NCBI GenBank assembly: GCA_964412025.1
Contig: CAYPLY010000001.1
Location: forward strand, 134,922-198,921
Length of the DNA: 64,000 nucleotides
DNA from: Candidatus Woesearchaeota archaeon
Lineage (GTDB): Archaea; Nanobdellota; Nanobdellia; Pacearchaeales; GW2011-AR1
Direction: 5' to 3'
In this document: positions 55,054-62,318 of the stretch, one piece after another
How positions within the stretch are numbered: the first letter of the stretch is position 1
How the letters are laid out: the number at the start of each line of letters is the position of its first letter
The notes under the pieces: generated by a model
What the model saw: only the letters and a program-made list of their open reading frames with translations
Told to the model about the DNA's origin: nothing
The model's database searches: none
Translations under genes and position numbers: made by a program

Positions 55054-55093
55054 AAAGGAACTTTAACTTCATTTTATTTAAAGATATATGTGT

Positions 55094-55121
55094 AAGATAA
55101 TAACCTTTGGGTTATAATCTA
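55094..55121. promoter_or_regulatory. 11-6-11 inverted-repeat site AAGATAATAAC-CTTTGG-GTTATAATCTA (putative recombinase binding site)
   Basis: Arms 9/11 complementary; 41 bp upstream of the recombinase ATG. Confidence 0.6.
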
Positions 55122-55128
55122 CTTTTCA

Positions 55129-55156
55129 AGTAGATATAATAGATGTTATATTCAAT
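55129..55156 (+). other. dif/attI-like recombination junction AGTAGATATAA-TAGATG-TTATATTCAAT (left cassette boundary)
   Basis: TATAA-N6-TTATA core of Xer-type sites; GATGTTAT repeated at the right boundary (59070-59077). Confidence 0.75.
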
Positions 55157-55293
55157 TTTTGGATTACTCAAGACGGAAAAGAGAGAGGGGCTTAGTCCTT
55201 CGGACATTTTGCCTTTTACTTCGTAAAAGAATTTATAGGAAGGAGCGTCAAGATAGTCTTTTTCTACGAAAAAGAAATTTACTAGGTGGCGTC
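55156..55293 (-). repeat. Structured GACGC-hairpin repeat element after the M1 stop codon (inverted homolog of 58696-58849)
   Basis: Shared AGTAATCCAAAAA (13 bp), GCCCCTCTCTC (11 bp), GACGC units with T/A-rich hairpins, GTCC-TTCG-GAC. Confidence 0.75.
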
Positions 55294-56079
55294 TTAACAA
55301 TAATCCTTTAATTTAGTATTCTTTTTATGTTTACTTATTCTTTTATTCGCTAACTCGATGTATTCCTTATTATTATCTATGCCAATCCAATTTCGATTTA
55401 ATTGCATGGATGCCAAAGCAGTTGTTCCACTTCCCATAAAGGGGTCAATAACAATGTCTCCTTCATCTGTTGCCATCTCAATTAATCTTGTAAATAATTC
55501 TAAGGGTTTTTGAGTTGGATGTGCTGCTCTCCCATTTTCTCCTTTAATTCTTTCAGAACCTTGACAAACTGGAAACTCCCAAACATCTTTTAACTGCTTA
55601 CCTTGATTATACTTTTTCATATTGTTATAATTAAATTTCCATCCTTTCCCCTTTGCAAACCATGCAATAAATTCCGTAGAATGAGTTAATGTTCTTTTCG
55701 TAATACTTGGCATAGGATTTGTTTTTCTCCATGTTATCAGATTAATAAATTTGTATCCTTTATCTTTTAAAGCTACAATTACTTCTCCTATATTATGTAA
55801 AGAACCACAAACCATCATCGAACCATTTGGAGCAAGAATCTTATCAGCCTCATCAATCCATTTTTTTGTAAAGTCCATATAATCTTCATAAGAGAATTTA
55901 TCCCATTTTTCATTTACTTTGTAATATGCTCCACCTGTTTTATTATCTGGCAGATTTACTCCACCATTTGATGCATTATATGGTGGGTCAGTTAATACTA
56001 AATGAATTTTTCCTTTAGGAAAATCCCCCATTATCTTTATACAATCTCCTTCATGATTTTTATTTATTACATTATTCAT
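55294..56079 (-). CDS. N6A/N4C DNA methyltransferase, beta class (M1)
   Basis: TDPPY, HPTQKP, DPFMGSGTT in beta-class order. Confidence 0.93.
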   Translation of the reverse strand: MNNVINKNHEGDCIKIMGDFPKGKIHLVLTDPPYNASNGGVNLPDNKTGGAYYKVNEKWDKFSYEDYMDFTKKWIDEADKILAPNGSMMVCGSLHNIGEVIVALKDKGYKFINLITWRKTNPMPSITKRTLTHSTEFIAWFAKGKGWKFNYNNMKKYNQGKQLKDVWEFPVCQGSERIKGENGRAAHPTQKPLELFTRLIEMATDEGDIVIDPFMGSGTTALASMQLNRNWIGIDNNKEYIELANKRISKHKKNTKLKDYC

Positions 56080-57908
56080 GCTAAAATACCTTCTTTTTCA
56101 TATTTTTGAAGAATTGTATTAGATTTTCTCGCCCAATCATCAACATCTTTGGAATCTATTGCGACATTATGTAGTGTTAATAATAATTCTTTAAACTCGT
56201 TATGAGTAATTGGTTTATTTTCTAATTTTTTTATTAACACTCTTTTTAATATTTTTAAAAATTGAGTTATGCTCAGAGGAATTATTTTTTGTTTTTCTCC
56301 CTCATACTCATATTTGTTTGAAAAGCTAAATGTGTTAAAAGTATCTCTGTGAATTCTTGGGGCAATAAACAAACAAAAAGAATTATCATTATTTTTAATT
56401 TCAAAATCTCTTAAATGCCTCATAACTGGTTGTCCTTCATTAATCCATTGACTTCTACTTACTAACATAGTAACTTCACAAATCATATTGAAAGATTCAT
56501 AAACACATTCTATATCTGGAACATTGGCTGGTGCTGTAAAAGTTGGTCTGTTATCATCTCCTACAGGATAATTAGGCTGTATTTTCAAGGCGTCATTAAT
56601 CGCATGTAAGCATAACGTTGTTAGGTGTTCTAGTTCTATTGATTGGCTTTTATCACTTCCATGAATATTTTCAAGAGTTTTGATTACTTCCTTAAAATTA
56701 TCAGCATTAGCTAATTCTGTATGATTAATATACTCCTGCACTCTTCGCCTAAGAATTCTTAAATCTGCCATTATTGGTTTTAATTCATTAACTCTCAATG
56801 ATTCAATGTTTACTTCAAATAATTTTTTCTCTAAAGTTAATGGTTTGCTTAGAGATTTGTTTAATTCAAATATTTCTTTTCTAAGGTTCACAATAATATT
56901 TTTTAATTTGTCTTGTGTATCCCATGGATAGATTACATCAGAATCCATATAATCAAGGTATTCCTCAAGAGTTTTGAATTTCAAACCTTCACCATTACTA
57001 TATTCCAGAAGAGAGGTTATTTCAACATTTCTTCTCGGTTCTAAATCAATATAGAAACCACCACCACGAATATAAAAGAATCTTGTTATCTTAAAATATC
57101 GGATTGCATTATCACCATAATCTTTTAAATTATGAAAGTTTATATCGAGATGTTTTCCTTCGGGATCTTCAAAGAATTTTTTAGTTTTATCTGTAAAACA
57201 ATCTTTTTTTATTGCAGTTTGTTCTTTTTTGTCTTTACCTTTTAATTTATTTCTTAATGCAATAATTTCATTAACTGTTTTAGGGATGTCATCATAATTA
57301 ATTGTAGTTGGCACAAAATAACAAAATTCATGTTTAGAAATTCCGACAGGTTCATTCCCTAATTTTTTCCATTTCTTGTTTACTTCATTGATAATATGAA
57401 GAGTTGTAATAAATGGTCTTACATTAAAACCATTTTTTTCAGAAAACTCTTCATTATCTGGATTTGGTAAAGTCCATTTAAAGAAATATTCTAAGAAAAT
57501 TTCTCCCATGTCGAAATCTTTTTGTAAAAATTTCTTTCCAAAATTTGTGATGTATAGTTTACTTACTGTTTGTTTAGATACAACCAAACCCATTTTACTA
57601 AGCGGGGCAATAGATGTCCTTCCTCTTAGCCCAGGGTCATCTTTTAAAACAGTAGATTTTTCTTTCATATGTTCAAAAATTTCTTTTGCTTCTTTTTCTG
57701 ACATATCAGAAGGAGAATTATAATAGCCCGATAATTTTTCATTAAGGCCTGTTGGTTTATACAGCTTTCTTTTAATCAATGCTATTTGAAATTTTATCTG
57801 TTGATTCTCATTAAATTCAACACCCTCAAAATCTTTAAGAACTTCCAAAAACCCCCTAATTCTATCGGGATTTCTTACAGTAGTTGAAATTGACCATGCT
57901 CTTTTCAT
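56076..57908 (-). CDS. AlwI-family type IIS restriction endonuclease
   Basis: WSISTTVRNPDRI N-terminus, DYGDNAIRYF, APANVPDIE...EVT, EGQPVMRH, FIAP; flanked by two MTases. Confidence 0.8.
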   Translation of the reverse strand: MKRAWSISTTVRNPDRIRGFLEVLKDFEGVEFNENQQIKFQIALIKRKLYKPTGLNEKLSGYYNSPSDMSEKEAKEIFEHMKEKSTVLKDDPGLRGRTSIAPLSKMGLVVSKQTVSKLYITNFGKKFLQKDFDMGEIFLEYFFKWTLPNPDNEEFSEKNGFNVRPFITTLHIINEVNKKWKKLGNEPVGISKHEFCYFVPTTINYDDIPKTVNEIIALRNKLKGKDKKEQTAIKKDCFTDKTKKFFEDPEGKHLDINFHNLKDYGDNAIRYFKITRFFYIRGGGFYIDLEPRRNVEITSLLEYSNGEGLKFKTLEEYLDYMDSDVIYPWDTQDKLKNIIVNLRKEIFELNKSLSKPLTLEKKLFEVNIESLRVNELKPIMADLRILRRRVQEYINHTELANADNFKEVIKTLENIHGSDKSQSIELEHLTTLCLHAINDALKIQPNYPVGDDNRPTFTAPANVPDIECVYESFNMICEVTMLVSRSQWINEGQPVMRHLRDFEIKNNDNSFCLFIAPRIHRDTFNTFSFSNKYEYEGEKQKIIPLSITQFLKILKRVLIKKLENKPITHNEFKELLLTLHNVAIDSKDVDDWARKSNTILQKYEKEGILA

Positions 57909-57977
57909 AATATTTTACCCCTCATACTATCTTAAAAGCCAACATATTTAAATATTATGCGTTTTAGGGGTTATATT

Positions 57978-58697
57978 ATGGCAAAAAAGAATGTTGATTT
58001 GAAAAAAGGGGAATGTGTAAGTATTCTTAAGAAAATGCCAGACAATTCCGTAGATATGATATTTGCAGACCCTCCTTATAATCTTTCTGGAAAAAATCAT
58101 ATTACTTGTGTTAATGGAAGAAAAGTAAAATGTGATAAAGGTATTTGGGACATGGTCGCAGATATTGATAAATTTAATTATGATTGGATAAAAGAGTGTA
58201 TGCGTGTTCTAAAGGATGATGGAACTATCTGGATTTCAGGAACATTACATAACCATCCTTCTGTTGGCTTTTTACTTAAAAAAATGGGATACTGGATAAT
58301 AAATGATATTGTTTGGTTTAAACCAAATGCTCCCCCTCAATTACAACCTAATAGACTTGCTCCATCTACCGAGATGATTTGGTTAGCGAGTAAGACAAAA
58401 AAATATTATTTTGATTATAAAAAAGCAAAGGAAATTAATGACGGAAAACAAATGAGAAACCTTTGGACTATTAATGCTCAAAGACATATCACAAATCACC
58501 CTACTGAAAAGCCAGAACTTCTTTTAGAAAGGATAATTCTTCTTGGAAGTAAAGAAGGCGATGTTATCTTAGATCCTTTTATGGGTTCAGGAACAACAGG
58601 AGCAGTCGCTAAAAAGTTAAATAGAAGTTTTATAGGGATTGAACTTGACGATGAATTCTTTGAAATTGCAAAAGATAGAATAAATAATACTAAATGA
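57978..58697 (+). CDS. N6A/N4C DNA methyltransferase, beta class (M2)
   Basis: FADPPY, HPTEKP, DPFMGSGTT; ATG 57978. Confidence 0.93.
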   Translation: MAKKNVDLKKGECVSILKKMPDNSVDMIFADPPYNLSGKNHITCVNGRKVKCDKGIWDMVADIDKFNYDWIKECMRVLKDDGTIWISGTLHNHPSVGFLLKKMGYWIINDIVWFKPNAPPQLQPNRLAPSTEMIWLASKTKKYYFDYKKAKEINDGKQMRNLWTINAQRHITNHPTEKPELLLERIILLGSKEGDVILDPFMGSGTTGAVAKKLNRSFIGIELDDEFFEIAKDRINNTK

Positions 58698-58849
58698 CGC
58701 CCCTAAATGTTCTTTTTAGAAAAGAACCAAAACAAGACGCCCCTTCTATCTTCTTTTTTAGAAAAAAGAAGCAAAAAATCTGACGCCCCTCTCTCGTCCT
58801 TCGGACATATTCACTCGCCTTTGGCTCGAATTTATCAGTAATCCAAAAA
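58696..58849 (+). repeat. Three GACGCCCC units (58696, 58736, 58782) with intervening hairpins, after the M2 stop codon
   Basis: Hairpins GTTCTTTT/AAAAGAAC and CTTCTTTTT/AAAAAGAAG; TTCG-loop hairpin at 58796. Confidence 0.8.
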
Positions 58850-58909
58850 CTCTAAAATTTTGCCTTCGGCATCGTTGCACTAAATTTTAGGTCTTCCCGT
58901 TGGTCAGAC

Positions 58910-59080
58910 GAATATAACAGGGCTTAACCGACTACGAAACCTTGCAGGTTTCTCCGTCCAAATTTTGCCCCATCTCTGAAAAAATTCTCAGCTCTGTTTC
59001 GGTTTTGTGGGTTGCCTCAAAACCTCACGAGGAGAATTTTTTCGAGGGGTCAAAACTTCGTTTAAGCCCGATGTTATGTG
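58910..59080 (+). other. attC-like ssDNA hairpin recombination site (~170 nt)
   Basis: ATAAC/GTTAT outer stem, GGGCTTAA/TTAAGCCC, TTTTGCCCC/GGGG-T-CAAAA with an extrahelical T, GAAAAAATTCTC/GAGAATTTTTTC, GGTTTTG/CAAAACC. Confidence 0.78.
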
Positions 59081-59110
59081 CAATCTAGAAATATCTTGTT
59101 TATTCAATCA

Positions 59111-60388
59111 TCATTCTCCCTCAAACTTAATAAGGCTAAAGAAAGGATATTTTGAAATCTTTTCTTTTCCTTTTAATTCCGGAAGTTCCATAACAAACAT
59201 ACACCCAATAATTTGTCCCCCTACTTTTTCAATAAGGTTTACAGCTGCTTTAACTGTTCCACCTGTTGCAATTAAATCGTCAACAAGTAATACTTTTTGT
59301 CCTGGTTTTATAGAGTCTTTATGTATTTCAACTGCATCCTCTCCATACTCCAAAGAATAACTTTCTTTTACTGTTTCGTAGGGTAATTTTCCTGGCTTTC
59401 TTATTAAAGCTAATCCTGCATTTAACTTTTCAGCTAAAAGGCCTGCAATGATAAAACCCCTTGATTCAATTCCTGCAACTATATCTATTGGTATTTCATA
59501 ACATTTTTCGTAAAGTATTTCTGTAAGTTTTTTAAGAGATTCTCTATCTTGAAGGAGAGGAGTCACATCTTTAAACATAATTCCTTCTTTTGGAAAGTTT
59601 GGAATTGTACGTACTTTTTCTTTTAGTTTTTGAATTTCTTGTTCTCTTGAAAAAGAGTTTATCGCATCAAAAATAACTTTTTTGACACGTTCAGCATTTT
59701 CCTTCATATTATTTTTTATTGTTAACCAATCTACTGGTTCTTCATCTTCTTTCCAGCAGTCATAATCCGTTGACATTGCTATTGTTGCATATTGTACTTC
59801 TGCCTCGTTTGCAAGAATGGCTTCAGGAGATGTAGACATATTTATTATATCTCCTCCCCATTGTCTGAAAAGGTGGCTTTCTGCTTTGGTTGAGAATCTT
59901 GGCCCTTCTATTGTTATAACTGTTCCAGTTTTATGGTATGAGAATTTTAATTTTTCACAGCTTTCAGTTAGCTTTTTTCTTAATTCTTCCGAAAAAGGAT
60001 TTGCCATGGGAGTGTGGATTGGACCAAATTCAAACTTATCAAAAAAGGTTAGTTTTCTGTTTTTTGTAAAATCAATAAATTGATCTGGAATAATAAAATC
60101 TCCTCTCTTTATTTCTTCTCTAAGTGAGCCCGCGGCTGTTGTTGAGATTATAAATTTACAACCTTCATTTTTTAGTGCAAATATATTTGCACGATTGTTT
60201 ACTTCTGTTGGAGGGATTTCATGTTTTATCCCATGCCTTGAAATTATAAAGACATCTATGCTCCCTATCTTTCCAATTGTCAATGGAGAAGATGGTTTTC
60301 CAAAAGGGGTTTCTACTTCTTTTGTTTTGTAATCTGTAAGAATCTCTGGATTCTCAAGCCCAGAACCACCTATTATACCAATTTTCAT
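59111..60388 (-). CDS. Fused methylthioadenosine phosphorylase (MTAP) - adenine phosphoribosyltransferase (APRT)
   Basis: IGIIGGSG, RHG, IEGPRFSTKAES, TDYD, then PNFPKEGIMFKD, GIESRGF, RKPGKLP, LLVDDLIATGGT; ATG 60388. Confidence 0.92.
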   Translation of the reverse strand: MKIGIIGGSGLENPEILTDYKTKEVETPFGKPSSPLTIGKIGSIDVFIISRHGIKHEIPPTEVNNRANIFALKNEGCKFIISTTAAGSLREEIKRGDFIIPDQFIDFTKNRKLTFFDKFEFGPIHTPMANPFSEELRKKLTESCEKLKFSYHKTGTVITIEGPRFSTKAESHLFRQWGGDIINMSTSPEAILANEAEVQYATIAMSTDYDCWKEDEEPVDWLTIKNNMKENAERVKKVIFDAINSFSREQEIQKLKEKVRTIPNFPKEGIMFKDVTPLLQDRESLKKLTEILYEKCYEIPIDIVAGIESRGFIIAGLLAEKLNAGLALIRKPGKLPYETVKESYSLEYGEDAVEIHKDSIKPGQKVLLVDDLIATGGTVKAAVNLIEKVGGQIIGCMFVMELPELKGKEKISKYPFFSLIKFEGE

Positions 60389-60441
60389 AATAAATATTGG
60401 AGAGGAAAAGATTTTATAAGTATTTTTGTAATGAAAGATAC

Positions 60442-61890
60442 ATGTTAAACCCATCGAAAAATGAGGTTCGTAAACCTACAAAAACAATCTCAGGTATAAC
60501 TCCTGTAGCAGTTATGTTGCCTCCTAGAAAATGCAAGCATGGTAATTGTATTTATTGCCCTTCAATGGATGTCCCCCAAAGTTATACCCCAAAAAGTCCT
60601 GTTGTGTTAAGGGCTAAATCTCTGGATTATAATTCTTACAAACAGGTTGTTTCTCGTCTTAAGGCATTTGAAGTTATGAATCATCCAACTGAAAAAATTG
60701 AGTTGATAATTATGGGAGGAACTTTTTTGGAATATCCTGAAAAATTTCAGTACAAATTTATAAAAGGATTGTATGATGGATTAAATGGTAAGGTTTCTAA
60801 TAATCTGAGCGAGGCAAAAAAATTAAATGAAAATTCAAAACATAGATGTGTTGCGCTTTGTATTGAAACTAGGCCAGATGTTTGTTGTGAATTTATCTCA
60901 AGAATGAGAGAATTTGGATGTACAAGGGTGGAGTTGGGTGTGCAATTAATAGATGATAAAGTGTATAAATTTGTAAAAAGAGGACATCTAGTTAAAGATG
61001 TTGTTTTAGCTACAAAATGTTTGAGAGATGCAGGTTTTAAGATAGGTTATCATTTAATGCCTGGGCTTCCTGGAAGTAATTTAAAGAAAGATTTGGAATT
61101 ATTTAAGAAGATTTTTTCTGATGAAAGATTTAAACCCGATCAGATTAAAATTTATCCTTGTCAAGTATTGCCCAATTCTGAACTTGAAAAAATTTATTGG
61201 GAAGGAAAATACAAACCTTATACTCCGGAGGAGATTCAGAAACTTTTAGTTAGTATGTTAAAAGTTATTCCAAGATATTGTAGGGTAATGAGGATTATGA
61301 GAGAAATTCCATTGGAATATTTAATTGCTGGAAGCAAAGATATTGGAATAAGGAAAGATGTTGAAGATGAGTTAAGAAAAGAAAAAGTTAAATTGAAAGA
61401 AATTAGATATAGAGAGGTTGGTTTTAATAAAGAAGGAATGAATTTAGATTTGAAATTAAAAGCAACCCCTTATAAAGCTTCAGGAGGAAAAGAGTATTTT
61501 TTGGAGATTGTTAATAAAGATAATGTGCTTTTTGGGTTACTTCGTTTGAGAATAGTTAGCAGTAATCTCGTTAAGAGGGGTTCGAGGAGTAATAAGCTTG
61601 GTTCAACGGGTAATAAGCTGAAAACTGTTGTTACAGATAATAAAATAGGATTAGTAAGAGAACTGCATGTTTATGGGCAGAGTTTGAAATTGGGAGAACT
61701 TGGAAAAGTTGGTCAACACACTGGTTTGGGAAAATGGTTAATGGAGGAAGCTGAAAAAATTGCGAAAAAAGAAAAATGCTCTGAGATTAAAGTGATTTCA
61801 GGAGTGGGGGTTAGGGAGTATTACAGGAAGTTAGGTTATGAATTGGAGAAAGGAAAAGGTAAAGGAGAATATATGAGAAAGCTTTTATAG
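60442..61890 (+). CDS. elp3: Elp3 tRNA wobble-uridine acetyltransferase (radical SAM plus GNAT)
   Basis: CKHGNCIYCP, MGGTF, ETRPD, VELGVQ, RELHVYG, QHTGLG, ISGVGVREYY. Confidence 0.94.
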   Translation: MLNPSKNEVRKPTKTISGITPVAVMLPPRKCKHGNCIYCPSMDVPQSYTPKSPVVLRAKSLDYNSYKQVVSRLKAFEVMNHPTEKIELIIMGGTFLEYPEKFQYKFIKGLYDGLNGKVSNNLSEAKKLNENSKHRCVALCIETRPDVCCEFISRMREFGCTRVELGVQLIDDKVYKFVKRGHLVKDVVLATKCLRDAGFKIGYHLMPGLPGSNLKKDLELFKKIFSDERFKPDQIKIYPCQVLPNSELEKIYWEGKYKPYTPEEIQKLLVSMLKVIPRYCRVMRIMREIPLEYLIAGSKDIGIRKDVEDELRKEKVKLKEIRYREVGFNKEGMNLDLKLKATPYKASGGKEYFLEIVNKDNVLFGLLRLRIVSSNLVKRGSRSNKLGSTGNKLKTVVTDNKIGLVRELHVYGQSLKLGELGKVGQHTGLGKWLMEEAEKIAKKEKCSEIKVISGVGVREYYRKLGYELEKGKGKGEYMRKLL

Positions 61891-61910
61891 AAAAGCTATC
61901 TGTTAAAATA

Positions 61911-62318
61911 ATGAAAAAATTAGTTGCTTCTGGTCCGGTTATTCTTGAAAAGGGAAAATTACTTGTTATTATGAATGATAAAGATAATTTTTATAAGATT
62001 CCTGGTGGAAAGTTAGTGGAAGGAGAAAGTTTGGAGGGTTGTGCAATTAGAGAACTGGAGGAAGAAGCTGGACTTTCATGTAAGTTGATTAAAAAAATCG
62101 ATACTTATGAAATTAACCAAAAACCTGGAACAGGAGAGAAGATGAAAATAGAATTGCATCATTATTTAGCTAAATTAACTAATCCTGTTAAAAATTATGA
62201 ATCTTTTAATCATAATGGACATTTTGTTGCATGGATTGATATTGGGTATATTAGAGATGAGAAGTGTTTTGTTGCACCAAATATTAAATTCTTATTGGAA
62301 AAAGGAGTTATAGCTTAA
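61911..62318 (+). CDS. NUDIX hydrolase
   Basis: PGGKLVEGESLEGCAIRELEEEAG. Confidence 0.85.
   Translation: MKKLVASGPVILEKGKLLVIMNDKDNFYKIPGGKLVEGESLEGCAIRELEEEAGLSCKLIKKIDTYEINQKPGTGEKMKIELHHYLAKLTNPVKNYESFNHNGHFVAWIDIGYIRDEKCFVAPNIKFLLEKGVIA

Larger units (their letters stand above)
55146..59073. mobile_element. Putative 3,928-bp gene cassette (RM system plus attC-like site)
   Basis: Starts G|TTATATTC and ends G|TTATGTG; R'' GAATATAAC at 58910 complements the cassette start; 8-bp GATGTTAT direct repeat. Confidence 0.75.

Noticed and set aside
55112-55300. 62-aa track ORF in the attachment region
   Set aside because: It overlaps the recombination site and structured repeats, has no protein-like motif, and is best explained as non-coding.
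58696-58795. Three GACGCCCC repeats spaced 40 and 46 bp apart as a mini CRISPR array
   Set aside because: The repeat is only 8 bp, the spacers are mutually similar hairpins rather than unique sequences, and there are no cas genes in the window.
59007-59360. 117-aa plus-strand track ORF
   Set aside because: It starts with GTG inside the attC-like hairpin and runs antisense to the APRT domain; a shadow ORF.
61555-61640. Low-complexity insertion in Elp3 with a short GTAATAAGCT repeat
   Set aside because: An in-frame loop of about 27 aa with a 10-bp repeat; no intein or mobile-element hallmarks.
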